This document shows, one piece after another, positions 1-9,362 of a stretch of 64,000 nt of DNA (positions within the stretch are counted from its first letter, which is position 1; the number at the start of each line of letters is the position of its first letter). Under the pieces are notes generated by a model. It searched no databases. It saw only the letters and a program-made list of their open reading frames with translations, and was not told where the DNA came from. This DNA is from a virus, in IMG/VR virus record IMGVR_UViG_3300044294_000190, positions 1-64,000 of that record, one strand, 5' to 3'. The translations under genes and the position numbers were made by a program.

Positions 1-417
1 GCATAAATACTGGCGTTTTTCTTTTGGCACACCAATCTTACGGCCAATTGTTTTGGATTCGTCACACCAATCTACGCATCCGCTGTTGGGACGGCTATGC
101 CTGTTGAAACAGTTCAAAGCATCTACCTTCAACTCGTCACGAAAATCTTTGATGATAATATCGTGATTTTTCAACTCGTTCTTGATTGCGGTTTCCGCGT
201 CCAACTTGTCAGCCGTTTCCTTGTCGGTTCTGAAAATGAGAGCACGCCAATTTTCGTGGTCTTGGTTGCGTGCTTTATGACGTTCCAAAATATCCAACAA
301 CTCCATGTCGTATTCTGTTGGACCGTCGTACGGTTTCATTTTGTAAATGACACCATCCTCTTTTCTACCGTCAACGTTTCTCCAACAAACTAGAAGGCGA
401 TTGGGCTGGTCAGTCAT
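1..417 (-). CDS. hypothetical phage protein (partial, runs off window start)
   Basis: Hand-translated, not in ORF track: ATG at 417, open to base 1 (MTDQPNRLLVCWRN...CFNRHSRPNSGCVDWC...RQYLC). Confidence 0.8.
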   Translation of the reverse strand, partial: MTDQPNRLLVCWRNVDGRKEDGVIYKMKPYDGPTEYDMELLDILERHKARNQDHENWRALIFRTDKETADKLDAETAIKNELKNHDIIIKDFRDELKVDALNCFNRHSRPNSGCVDWCDESKTIGRKIGVPKEKRQYLC

Positions 418-443
418 GTTGTTTTCCAAACTTTGGTGTCAGA

Positions 444-719
444 TTATCGGTTTTTTGTGTTTCGTGGTTTCAGGCTCTCGTCAAGCGTCAATCCTAAAAA
501 ATTACCGCTTATAGGGTCTTCTACGTATGTAAATGGCGGTGGTAATCTCAAAGAACCAAATTGACCGCCTTTGGCAACCCTTACCAGCGACCCTGGTTCA
601 ATTTTTAATTTGGATTTATCTTTGTCCAAACCGCTAGGATGCCATTCGTACACGGCTCCAACACGAGGTCTTTGTGGACGACGACGGGTGTCGTTTTTTC
701 TATTGCGTCCATTTGGCAT
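444..719 (-). CDS. small basic hypothetical protein
   Basis: 91 aa ORF; TATAAT lies 6 nt upstream of the ATG. Confidence 0.75.
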   Translation of the reverse strand: MPNGRNRKNDTRRRPQRPRVGAVYEWHPSGLDKDKSKLKIEPGSLVRVAKGGQFGSLRLPPPFTYVEDPISGNFLGLTLDESLKPRNTKNR

Positions 720-725
720 GTTTAC

Positions 726-731
726 ATTATA
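726..731 (-). promoter_or_regulatory. -10 box TATAAT of a putative leaderless promoter
   Basis: TATAAT-N6-ATG(719), no SD. Confidence 0.6.
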
Positions 732-788
732 GTATACTAATCACTCGTAGTACGGTGTTTGTACTGGATATTCATTTCACCCATTGGC

Positions 789-1061
789 TTAGCAATCCCA
801 TTTGCGAAGGGATTTATTAATCCTGCTGTTTGGGTCTCTAGCCGTCTTGGATGACGTGTTCTTCTTCTTCATTCCTTCCATACGAGCACAAAAAGATTTG
901 CGACGAGCGGCGTCTTTTGGTGACTTTTTCGCTTGTTCCTTGGACACGGGAGGCTTGAGGTTGTGACCTTCTTTTTTTGCCGAAGCGCGGCCTTTTGCGT
1001 TCAGCCCGCCTTCAGGGTTCTTGCCCTCTTTGCGTTGCCATGCAGGTGATTTTTTAGTCAC
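789..1061 (-). CDS. DUF6321-like basic phage protein
   Basis: AWQRKEGKNPEGGLNAKGRAS...RRKSFCARM...DPNSRINKSLRKWDC signature. Confidence 0.8.
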   Translation of the reverse strand: MTKKSPAWQRKEGKNPEGGLNAKGRASAKKEGHNLKPPVSKEQAKKSPKDAARRKSFCARMEGMKKKNTSSKTARDPNSRINKSLRKWDC

Positions 1062-1445
1062 TTATCTTCTCCCAATTCTTCCAACATACTCTCTTTTTGT
1101 TAATAGTTTACCTTCGTTTGCTGTAGCCCCTGCATTAAAGTGGTCATCAATATAACGTACTGCTTGAATTGCTGATGTAAATGGAAAAGTTTTGTAACTA
1201 TCTACCGTCTTTGGTTGTTCATCAAACTCAAGAGTCACATTATACCCGACAACTTGAAGAGGACCAGCAGTATGTCGTTTTTTGCTGCCCATATTAGTTC
1301 TCATTTTTGGACGAACTTCTGGAGAAATTAGCACCTCTCTATGGGTGTAATGGGGCCATGGGTCAAAACCCATTCCTGAAATAGGCCGCATTTCACGCTT
1401 TGGTCTCCGATTTTCATTATGGCGCTCGTCGTTACCACGTGTCAT
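1062..1445 (-). CDS. hypothetical protein
   Basis: 127 aa ORF tiling with neighbours. Confidence 0.7.
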   Translation of the reverse strand: MTRGNDERHNENRRPKREMRPISGMGFDPWPHYTHREVLISPEVRPKMRTNMGSKKRHTAGPLQVVGYNVTLEFDEQPKTVDSYKTFPFTSAIQAVRYIDDHFNAGATANEGKLLTKREYVGRIGRR

Positions 1446-1468
1446 TACTTTTTCGCTTGTTTCTTTAG

Positions 1469-3031
1469 TTAACTACTTCTAGTTGTGCGTCTGCCGCCTC
1501 GTGTGGCATTTTTGGCTCGTGGATGTGCACGAGCAGCTCCACTATTACTAATTGTGGGTCCTTTGCCACCGCCTGTTGCACGACCACTGTTGGTAATTGT
1601 TGCTGCACCGCCACCGCCGCCGCCAACACCACCGTAGCTTCCGGGGAGATATTGGTTATTAGACGAGAAAGGACTACCACCAGTAATATCGCCAGAGTTG
1701 TCTCCGCCAATGCGTATGTCTTGAACCGCTCCTACATTGTTAAATGCAGAGTGTCCGCCTTGAAATGCTCGGGATCGGCCACCTGGGGTGGGGTATCCAC
1801 CATCCGCAGGAGGTGCTGGATCGGGAGATGCTGGATCGGGAGATGCTGGATCGGGAGATGCTGGAGCAGGAGATGCTGGAGCAGGAGATTTTGGAACACG
1901 TTTCCCACCACCTGACGGAGGAGTAGGCGGCGGTGCTCCACCGCCACCTGCGGCAGGGGGCGTGGGAGGGGTTGGCGGAGGAGAGCCAGCAGCTGCTGCT
2001 TCTCCCTTCTTTCGTGCCTCTTTTTCAGAGCCTTCAAGAAACTTACCAATCTTGGTCAGTGTTCCTCGAAGACGTCCCAGTCCTTTTTTGTCGGGTTTTG
2101 CTGCGTCGGGTTTTGCCGTTGGATTAACAGCCTCAACATTTACACCTTCCGGCTTACGAAATGTGCCCATGTCATCGGAATTGTCTCGCTTGACTTGATC
2201 AAAAGAGCTTTCATCAAAAGAACCTTGCTTTTTCCCTTTTTCGGCTCGGGCGGCAGATGCTTTACGCTCTTCTTCCCAATATCCACCATCTCCCCTCTTT
2301 TTTGCTCCAAAGTTCTTGGGTTTACCAGTTCCTCCACCCGTTTTTTCATCGCCGGAAAGTTCTCCCCACGACATACCTCCACCAGCTGCTTTTGCATCGT
2401 CCCAAATGGTGCTCTTTTCTTTCTTTGCGCCAAAGTTGCGGGGACCCGACGGTTGGTCTTTATCGTCCTTTTTATTAGCTGTAGGAGTTTTCTCGCTTGT
2501 TGGTTTTTCGGTTTTTGCGGGCTTGTCTTTCTTTGCGGGCGTGTCTTTCTTTGCGGGCTTGTCTTTCTTTGCCATTGATTCAGATGCTTTCTCAACTGCG
2601 GCATCGACAGCTGGGGTGGTCTTTTTGGGGCGACCTGGTCCTTTCTTTTCGGTGGCAGGTTCGGGTGTTGGCTTGCTTTCCTCTTTTACTGGTTTGCCTT
2701 CTCCCTTTGCAGGCTTCTCATTCTTTTTTGCCACGGCCTTTTCCTTTCGCTCGGCTGCTTTGCGCTCTCTTACTTCTCGATCTTCTTCGTTAAATTCTTC
2801 TTCTTTTCCAGGTTTGAGAAGATCATTAAGTTGTTCTTTATGGGAAGCATGTGCTCTTTTGAGAAGTTCTTGATGTGCTTTTGCTTTCTCACCCGTAAGT
2901 CCTTCTCCAGTACCATAGGCCTTACCAACGTCCTTAACAACTCGTTCGTGCGTCCTAATAAGGTGTGCCAGTCGCTTGTTTTTAACACCATCAGCTAACG
3001 ATGGTTTTTTTGATTTTTTAGTTTCAGCCAT
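1469..3031 (-). CDS. Lys/Pro/Gly-rich low-complexity protein
   Basis: 520 aa, GGAG SD; PAKKD and PASPD repeats, PxNFGAKK twice. Confidence 0.8.
   Translation of the reverse strand: MAETKKSKKPSLADGVKNKRLAHLIRTHERVVKDVGKAYGTGEGLTGEKAKAHQELLKRAHASHKEQLNDLLKPGKEEEFNEEDREVRERKAAERKEKAVAKKNEKPAKGEGKPVKEESKPTPEPATEKKGPGRPKKTTPAVDAAVEKASESMAKKDKPAKKDTPAKKDKPAKTEKPTSEKTPTANKKDDKDQPSGPRNFGAKKEKSTIWDDAKAAGGGMSWGELSGDEKTGGGTGKPKNFGAKKRGDGGYWEEERKASAARAEKGKKQGSFDESSFDQVKRDNSDDMGTFRKPEGVNVEAVNPTAKPDAAKPDKKGLGRLRGTLTKIGKFLEGSEKEARKKGEAAAAGSPPPTPPTPPAAGGGGAPPPTPPSGGGKRVPKSPAPASPAPASPDPASPDPASPDPAPPADGGYPTPGGRSRAFQGGHSAFNNVGAVQDIRIGGDNSGDITGGSPFSSNNQYLPGSYGGVGGGGGGAATITNSGRATGGGKGPTISNSGAARAHPRAKNATRGGRRTTRSS
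1814..1888. repeat. 15-bp tandem repeat x5 encoding PASP(D/A)
   Basis: tgctggatcgggaga x3 then tgctggagcaggaga x2. Confidence 0.95.
2514..2572. repeat. 18-bp tandem repeat x3 encoding KKD(K/T)PA
   Basis: tttgcgggc(t/g)tgtctttc x3. Confidence 0.95.
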
Positions 3032-3049
3032 AGATACTCCAGAATATCA

Positions 3050-4030
3050 TTAAAAAAGCTTTAGCTGTTCTGCTCCACGGTCCCCGCCAAATTGGTTCTT
3101 GGACAAGGGTTTTGATGGGGCTTTTGTCTTTTCAGCTTTTGGTTTTTCGGTTTTCGCTGAATTAGACTTTGGCTTCTTTTTTGACTTAGTGGCATTTTTC
3201 TTTTCTACGTTGCGCCGTAGGGCATCATGGTTTGGGACGTGGTTAGTTACGTATTCCTCAATGGTGATTTTAGGTTGTCCAGATTGAACACGGTCATATT
3301 GGTGTTGTATAAACCCTCGGTACTCCGGTGTGTAAGTTGGAAATGGCTCGTACTTGTTTGAAGGAAAACGTTGTGCTGGTAGCGCCGCAAAACCCTTTTC
3401 AAGAACTTCTCCAGTAATTACCTTATGTGCGGTGGTGTCCCAAGAAAGGGTGTCCATTGGATTGTCATCGATTAACTTTATTTTATTTTTAGCACCACTT
3501 TTGGGGAGTTGATCCTTTGTCATAAAATCTTGCTCGTTGTATCCCCATCGAGCTATTTGATCAATATAAGCTTGGTGGGTGCTTCTTCTTGGGTAATAAT
3601 TCTTTCCTACGTGATGTCCACCAGTTTTTTTCCTGTGGTATCGATTGTAGTAATCGTCAGTAGCAGCCTCTTCTATGCCAGAAGAATAATAGGCTTGTGT
3701 TTGTGGCAACTTTTTTCCTGATAACAATAATTGTGCTTCTTTTTCAAGACTGGGGATATGCCTAGGATTGTCGTCAAGACTTGTACCTTTGTAATAGTAT
3801 TTGGTCATGTCCCATGGTTCACCCCAATTTGGGTTAGCAAAATGATGACGGGATACCCATGTAGCGTCTTCATCTTCAAAGTTTTGAGAATCTTTGATGT
3901 CTTGTTTATAGTTTTCTGCATCCATCAAATAGTGGGCTGCTACAGTCATCGCCGTGTGGCTAACCGGGTAGAGATACTCTGGAGCAACGTCAAAACGTTT
4001 CAAAGATTTGCTTGTGCCTTTACGAGCCAC
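3050..4030 (-). CDS. hypothetical protein ending in QLKLF
   Basis: GTG at 4030 after GGAG; about 326 aa. Confidence 0.75.
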   Translation of the reverse strand: MARKGTSKSLKRFDVAPEYLYPVSHTAMTVAAHYLMDAENYKQDIKDSQNFEDEDATWVSRHHFANPNWGEPWDMTKYYYKGTSLDDNPRHIPSLEKEAQLLLSGKKLPQTQAYYSSGIEEAATDDYYNRYHRKKTGGHHVGKNYYPRRSTHQAYIDQIARWGYNEQDFMTKDQLPKSGAKNKIKLIDDNPMDTLSWDTTAHKVITGEVLEKGFAALPAQRFPSNKYEPFPTYTPEYRGFIQHQYDRVQSGQPKITIEEYVTNHVPNHDALRRNVEKKNATKSKKKPKSNSAKTEKPKAEKTKAPSKPLSKNQFGGDRGAEQLKLF

Positions 4031-4032
4031 AA

Positions 4033-4530
4033 TTATCTCCAAGTGGGTCGTAGCGTTTGTAGTTGCGCACGACGTTGAGCATTGACTTCAGCGGGCACTT
4101 CCTGATCTGTGGTTCGAGGAAGCCCTTTGGGGCCAACCTTTCCATCGTTGGTTAGACGCACAGGCTCAGCCCCTGGGGGTGAGAACTTGATACCTGCTTG
4201 TTGGTATTTAAGGCCTGTGTACAAATTAAATTCATCTGGCCATAGGTAATCACCTTGATTAATACGTTCGCCTTTGTGAACACCACGCGAATATTGGCGA
4301 GCATTCATTCGGCTGAGTGTTCCAAGAATTTTGTCTTGTCGTCGGTTGGACGACATTGTGCCGAGGTATCCGTCTGGATACGTCGTATCTTGTAGAGTTC
4401 GATACCCGGCTAGTTGATAATCTTTGGCACTACGAAACACCGGGGCCGGACCCATCAAGGGTTGTGATCCGGCATCCGGCGGCATGCTGGGGTTATTCCA
4501 GTTAGCAAACGCTTGGGTTTGTTGACTCAT
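4033..4530 (-). CDS. hypothetical phage protein
   Basis: 165 aa; YPDGYLGT..SRRQDK and YSRGVHKGERI motifs. Confidence 0.75.
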   Translation of the reverse strand: MSQQTQAFANWNNPSMPPDAGSQPLMGPAPVFRSAKDYQLAGYRTLQDTTYPDGYLGTMSSNRRQDKILGTLSRMNARQYSRGVHKGERINQGDYLWPDEFNLYTGLKYQQAGIKFSPPGAEPVRLTNDGKVGPKGLPRTTDQEVPAEVNAQRRAQLQTLRPTWR

Positions 4531-4531
4531 T

Positions 4532-4654
4532 TCATCCCCTACCGCCCATAGATGTCATAAAACCACCGCCAGCCCCGGCAGCAGAAGAAATTGGCCTGGG
4601 CTTGGCTTTCTTTTTTGCAGTTTTCTTTTTTTTAGGCTGCTGGGTAGTCATCAT
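4532..4654 (-). CDS. 40-aa Lys-rich peptide
   Basis: Hand-translated MMTTQQPKKKKTAKKKAKPRPISSAAGAGGGFMTSMGGRG; fills the intergenic gap. Confidence 0.55.
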   Translation of the reverse strand: MMTTQQPKKKKTAKKKAKPRPISSAAGAGGGFMTSMGGRG

Positions 4655-5204
4655 CGTCACCCTTGTGCCAATAGGGGTCTTTTTCTGGATACGGGTCTTT
4701 AAAAGTCGGTGGTTTCTTGGGTGGCTTGGGCGGTTTACCAGCGCCTCCCTTTTTCCCCTTCAACCGTCCCTTTAAAGCTTCTGTGTTCGGGCCCGTGTCT
4801 TTTCTGTGATATTCATTTGATCGTGGATTGTGTTGCCAATTTTCTTTTTGACCGGTCCATGCGCCAAACGGCTCATCAGTAAACAACGTCTTATCTTCAC
4901 CCAACAAACCAAGTTTTTTAGCCATCCAATCCATTGTTGCCGTTGAAGATTCTGAGACAAACATTTTAAAGTTTTTGATTGACCTTGTCGTCGGTCTAGA
5001 GGCCGCGCTTGGTCGTTTCATACCTTGTTTTGGCAAATCTACTTGACTTTGATAGTGAGACTCTAATGGATCAATGTCTTTAACGCGATAATCGGGAGAC
5101 GGATTGAGAGACGCGTCCTTTGGCGCAGCGGCTTTCCTACCCCGATATTCGTTGATATCGGTGATTTGGCCTTTTGGTTGATCGTGCTTGCGAATAAAAC
5201 CCAT
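4632..5204 (-). CDS. basic hypothetical protein
   Basis: 190 aa ORF. Confidence 0.7.
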   Translation of the reverse strand: MGFIRKHDQPKGQITDINEYRGRKAAAPKDASLNPSPDYRVKDIDPLESHYQSQVDLPKQGMKRPSAASRPTTRSIKNFKMFVSESSTATMDWMAKKLGLLGEDKTLFTDEPFGAWTGQKENWQHNPRSNEYHRKDTGPNTEALKGRLKGKKGGAGKPPKPPKKPPTFKDPYPEKDPYWHKGDDDDYPAA

Positions 5205-5212
5205 GTTAAAAG

Positions 5213-5776
5213 TTAGATTCGAACATCTTTATGATATTCGCCTTGCTTCCTCTTTTCTTCGTGAGCTTCTTTTTCGTCAAGAGCTTTTATTTGTTCAGGA
5301 CGCGACTTTTTCCCATAGGTTTTCTTATCGTATTTTTCAACGCCTTTAAACCCACCTTCAATGTACGCCCCAGCAACGCCACCCTTGGCAACCTTTGTTA
5401 TACGTCCATCTTTGCCCTCTTTAAGAGTGTTTTGGCCATAAGTGTCAAGTCGACGTTCTTCGTCCGCACGAGCACGATCATATACGAGACCACGTCGTTG
5501 TGATTCGGCGCGTTCCTTGGGCTTGTTAATCTTCTTCATAGCCTTGTCTTTGCGACGTTGTTCTTTTTCGGGCAAGACCCACTTGCTTGGGGCCGCTTCG
5601 GTATCAATTGTTACTTTGTAACCAGTGGTGCCATCAGGCTTGACATACGGTCGGGCATCGCCACGCCTGACTGCGTCATATACTGATTCTTTGTTACTAA
5701 CAGGAGCTGGCTTGGTCACGCCATGCGGATCGTCGTAGCGTCCGCCGTGGTGACCCTTGTGTCGAAACAGCGGCAT
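5213..5776 (-). CDS. basic hypothetical protein
   Basis: 187 aa ORF, GAGG SD. Confidence 0.7.
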   Translation of the reverse strand: MPLFRHKGHHGGRYDDPHGVTKPAPVSNKESVYDAVRRGDARPYVKPDGTTGYKVTIDTEAAPSKWVLPEKEQRRKDKAMKKINKPKERAESQRRGLVYDRARADEERRLDTYGQNTLKEGKDGRITKVAKGGVAGAYIEGGFKGVEKYDKKTYGKKSRPEQIKALDEKEAHEEKRKQGEYHKDVRI

Positions 5777-5779
5777 AAA

Positions 5780-6070
5780 TTACCTCACAACCGGTTTAAA
5801 GGAAATAGCAGAAATGCTTTCCCCGTTCTCTCCAATAATATCATCAAAGCCAATAATGTAAGTTAGGTCAATTCCACGGGGGGCGACAAAACCACGTGCA
5901 ATGGCGGCGGATTTAGCGGCTTGATTAACAGCGCTTGCACCAATGGCTCGCATTTTTGGAAAATGTCCAGCAACAATGGCCCGAGCCAAAATAGAGCCAA
6001 CGCTTTGGGGGTTGCTACTTCCTGAAACTTTCAAGACATCTTCAATTTTTGTAACTTGTTGTTCAGCCAC
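5780..6070 (-). CDS. spoVS: stage V sporulation protein S homolog (Alba-like fold)
   Basis: VLKVSGSSNPQSVG...AIGASAVNQAAKSAAIARGFVAPRGIDL...F...ISAISF; GTG at 6070 after AGGAG. Confidence 0.93.
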   Translation of the reverse strand: MAEQQVTKIEDVLKVSGSSNPQSVGSILARAIVAGHFPKMRAIGASAVNQAAKSAAIARGFVAPRGIDLTYIIGFDDIIGENGESISAISFKPVVR

Positions 6071-6102
6071 GTTGTCTCCTGACAATAAACTTAGAAACAA
6101 GT

Positions 6103-6489
6103 TTAGCAGAATCCCGCATCTTTTAAAATAGCAATAATGTCAGACAGGCGCATTACGGCATAGGAGTCTCCTAATGCTTTATCACCTTTTCCGGGTCGTT
6201 TGACAACCAATATGGGTAGAGCATCATCTAAACGAGTAGCTTGCTCCACGGTGTCATTAAGCCACTCACTTAACTTAAATGTTTTTTGGTTCTTGCATTG
6301 GATGCAGGCTTTTCGAACAATAGTAACACCGCCGAGACTATGAATGGTCTGCTCTACGCCGTGAATATCCCCTTTGTCTTGACCACCCTCTAACGCGGTA
6401 CGGTGGGCTTTTGCAAAACCGTTGTTGTTAAGGTACTCACGAATGGCAGTCTCAAAAGAAGTACCTTTAGCCTTGTTCTTGTTTCCCAT
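6103..6489 (-). CDS. Holliday junction resolvase-like PD-(D/E)XK nuclease
   Basis: KAKGTSFE...DKGDI...IQCKNQK...WL...EQA. Confidence 0.8.
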   Translation of the reverse strand: MGNKNKAKGTSFETAIREYLNNNGFAKAHRTALEGGQDKGDIHGVEQTIHSLGGVTIVRKACIQCKNQKTFKLSEWLNDTVEQATRLDDALPILVVKRPGKGDKALGDSYAVMRLSDIIAILKDAGFC

Positions 6490-6649
6490 CGTCAATCACT
6501 TCCCATTTTGCCTGGCTAAATCCGCGAATGCGACCATCAAGTTCAATGTACACCCAAGTGGGGGCGTCTGGGTCGCAACCACAGCCCATGATTTGCCGTG
6601 GTTTATGTTCTACCACTGTCCCGCATGTTAAGCAGCGTGTTTTAATCAT
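6467..6649 (-). CDS. small Zn-finger protein
   Basis: RCLTCG...GCGC, 60 aa. Confidence 0.65.
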   Translation of the reverse strand: MIKTRCLTCGTVVEHKPRQIMGCGCDPDAPTWVYIELDGRIRGFSQAKWEVIDDGKQEQG

Positions 6650-7131
6650 GGAATGTATTTGTACAACTTCTTTTCATGCGGGGCAATACTAATGCGACGA
6701 CTCAGCTCTCTTGACAAGAGGTGAGAGCCACGTTCACATCGATCAAATACTGTATCAACAAGTTTGCGATACGCACGAGCCTTGGTATGGGCGTTTTGGG
6801 CGTTCATCACGATCTCAGACACACTGCTTTTGGCTTTAGCAATAGTAACCAATTCACCTTTAGTTTTGGAATCCCATTGGTTAATCAACGTAGTTGCTTT
6901 TGCAAAATCTAAATCGTTAGAAGCGTTTTCTTCCGCAATCTCTGCCAAAACAAGTTGAGATTTGGAGTAATTGAGCCATGCCGTGTATTGGGAATAATAA
7001 GACATCAACTGAGAATCGGTCAGATCATCAAGATTAAATGGGATTTCAGGAATCCCATTGCCGGGTCTGGAAGGCAAAGAAAAGTGTTTGTGAAAATCAG
7101 AGTACTCAACTTCAAGGGATTCAATGGACAT
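6646..7131 (-). CDS. helical protein, possible UvsY-like recombination mediator
   Basis: Coiled-coil character ending LSRELSRR, located in the RecA operon; function inferred from context. Confidence 0.5.
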   Translation of the reverse strand: MSIESLEVEYSDFHKHFSLPSRPGNGIPEIPFNLDDLTDSQLMSYYSQYTAWLNYSKSQLVLAEIAEENASNDLDFAKATTLINQWDSKTKGELVTIAKAKSSVSEIVMNAQNAHTKARAYRKLVDTVFDRCERGSHLLSRELSRRISIAPHEKKLYKYIP

Positions 7132-7136
7132 AATGC

Positions 7137-8006
7137 TTATCCTTTCCAGCATTGTTTGTTGTAATGACAACTTTTGCAGGCCGTGTGGGTTGGTGTTTCT
7201 GCCCACGCCGGGCGTTCTGGTGGAATACCATCCTCAATAGCGTCTCTCACCCTCAAACAATTGTCAAGGATTGGTTTTATCAATTCTGGCATGTACTCAA
7301 TTGAGAACTCTTTTATTTCCTGGGATGCTTTCCACTCGTAAATAAAAATCAGCTTATGAATGCCGGTGGCGTGCATGTAGAGCATGCCTTGTCGAATATG
7401 GGTGGCAAATGGATGACGCAAGGCTTTCCACACTCCGTCATATGTCAACTGACCATCAGAATACTGTCTGTGGGTATCTGGTGCTTCCATGCGAATGGTT
7501 CCCATTCCAATGGATTTGATTTCAATTAAAGCCCTTTTCTTACCGGTAGTGAATACGCCGTCGGCATGTCCAAGAATCATGTGTTTGTCATCATTGATTG
7601 GGACTTCGTCATAAACAATATTGTGGGTAAGAGCGCTACAGTCTGGACAACTTTTTGGTGATACATCCCACCATCGATGTCCGCAATTTCGGCAATACCA
7701 TCGGCCCTCTAATACACCCGCCTCCCACATCCATTTTTGCCATTTTGCGTGGATTGCGTGACCTTCAGCAAAAATATTAAGACGCTGGTATGACATTGGT
7801 TTAATAGGCGGCTTTTCATCAGCGGTAATTGTGTACCACGAGGCACGTGGACACCAATCTTTTTTTGACAACTCGCTTGGATGCAGGTGTTTGAAGTCTC
7901 GTTGCTCATCACGCAACTCTTGATTGCGAAGCATTTGAACGGCAACAACAGGAAGAACGTCGCCAGACATCGTAAGAAGTTTTTTATAAGATTCGGTGTT
8001 ACTCAT
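7137..8006 (-). CDS. Cas4-like PD-(D/E)XK exonuclease
   Basis: HPSEL...CPR, GHADG, IEIKS, C-terminal CxxC..C; inserted CRNC..CPDC Zn ribbon. Confidence 0.85.
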   Translation of the reverse strand: MSNTESYKKLLTMSGDVLPVVAVQMLRNQELRDEQRDFKHLHPSELSKKDWCPRASWYTITADEKPPIKPMSYQRLNIFAEGHAIHAKWQKWMWEAGVLEGRWYCRNCGHRWWDVSPKSCPDCSALTHNIVYDEVPINDDKHMILGHADGVFTTGKKRALIEIKSIGMGTIRMEAPDTHRQYSDGQLTYDGVWKALRHPFATHIRQGMLYMHATGIHKLIFIYEWKASQEIKEFSIEYMPELIKPILDNCLRVRDAIEDGIPPERPAWAETPTHTACKSCHYNKQCWKG

Positions 8007-8331
8007 TAATCATTCCTAAAAAATCGTCTTCGGACAAAACAACGTACCGTCTACCGGCACAATCAAACTGTAGTACAGGGGTGCGATCCTCTAAGATGGC
8101 TCGTTCTCGAAGATCTATTAAATCTGAAGCTTTTAAAGTTATTCCTTTGAGGTTACCGGTCAGTTTATTTTCAATCAGAAAGTTATGGCTTCTAACGTCG
8201 TTTTTGCGCATCCAACCAGCGCCTGATTGAGCATTACGAGAACCTCTGTAAGTGTCAGCTGTCCTGATTTCTTGTTTCTTGGACTTCTTTAACAATTTAC
8301 GGGTTTTGTCGGGATCACGACCTAAAATCAT
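7999..8331 (-). CDS. small PD-(D/E)XK nuclease / resolvase-like protein
   Basis: QE...SGAGWMRKNDV...LIENK. Confidence 0.7.
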   Translation of the reverse strand: MILGRDPDKTRKLLKKSKKQEIRTADTYRGSRNAQSGAGWMRKNDVRSHNFLIENKLTGNLKGITLKASDLIDLRERAILEDRTPVLQFDCAGRRYVVLSEDDFLGMINE

Positions 8332-9353
8332 CGTTTAATACCAAAATGTTTCTCAACGTCAGCCTTAAGCTTCTTCTGCATTGTAAGGTCTTCGCGGAAT
8401 GCGGCAACCATTTTGTCCTTACCTTGCCAACGTTCTTTGTTGTATGAGTAGTAGGCTCCTGACCTGGTAATGATCTCAACAACAGTGGCAATATTGACCA
8501 TGTCTTTAACAACGTCAAAAGAGCCCAAAGAAAAACCTTCGTGGTTGGTGAAATAAAAGTCAACAACTGCAACTTGTGATGGTCGGTAAGTCTTGTTTTT
8601 CAATGTACGCGCTTTAATGCTTTGGCCTACGACCTCGTCTTTGTCTTTAATCCACTCGTCACGCTTAACTTCAACGCGGGTGAAGTAGTGAAAATTTTTG
8701 GCTTTACCACCCGGTGTAGTGCGTGGGTCTCCCCACACAACGCCAATTTTGTCCCGCCATTGATTAATCATAATGCCGACACAAGAGCGCTCTTTGTGAA
8801 TCATGGATCGTTTCTGTGCCTCAGATGATTTGCGAAAGAACTTAGAAGTGACTCGAGCACCAAGACCAACTGTGAACTCATCCATTGACTTTTCTGATTC
8901 GGTAGATGGAACCAACGCGGGAAGGGAGTCGATGACTACGCAGTCGGCGGCTCTGTTGGCCATCACATCCAACACGAGGTTGTATGCGTGTTCCATCAAG
9001 TTAGTTTCAACAATCCACAAACGATTCAAATCCACGCCGATGGCGGATGCGTAACTAGGCACAAACTCCTCGGCGGCAACCCATACAACGGTCCAATCGG
9101 GATCAAGCTGTTGGTTAGCGGCAATCGTACGAAGGGCAACGGCAGTCTTACCTGACGACTCGTCTCCAACGATTTCACTCCACTGGTTGGTGGGCCAACC
9201 ACCACCAAGCATCAGGTCGTACGCCAAAATACCCGTGGTGATTCTAGGAAGTGCCGATTGCATCTCGCTTCCAAGAATGATGCACGACTCTCCCAGGTTT
9301 TTGTTAACACCGGATACAATGTCTTTAAGACTTGCCCACTGTTGTTGATCCAT
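8328..9353 (-). CDS. recA: RecA/UvsX recombinase
   Basis: GDESSGKT, VIDSLPAL, VGLGAR, INQWRDKIG, TTPGGKA, SGAYYSY. Confidence 0.96.
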   Translation of the reverse strand: MDQQQWASLKDIVSGVNKNLGESCIILGSEMQSALPRITTGILAYDLMLGGGWPTNQWSEIVGDESSGKTAVALRTIAANQQLDPDWTVVWVAAEEFVPSYASAIGVDLNRLWIVETNLMEHAYNLVLDVMANRAADCVVIDSLPALVPSTESEKSMDEFTVGLGARVTSKFFRKSSEAQKRSMIHKERSCVGIMINQWRDKIGVVWGDPRTTPGGKAKNFHYFTRVEVKRDEWIKDKDEVVGQSIKARTLKNKTYRPSQVAVVDFYFTNHEGFSLGSFDVVKDMVNIATVVEIITRSGAYYSYNKERWQGKDKMVAAFREDLTMQKKLKADVEKHFGIKR

Positions 9354-9362
9354 TTGTGCTCC

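Noticed and set aside
1523-2873. Multiple overlapping plus-strand ORFs
   Set aside because: Antisense shadows of a low-complexity repeat gene, with no SD or motifs
7137-8006. CRISPR-Cas locus
   Set aside because: Solo Cas4-like gene; no repeat-spacer array or other cas genes
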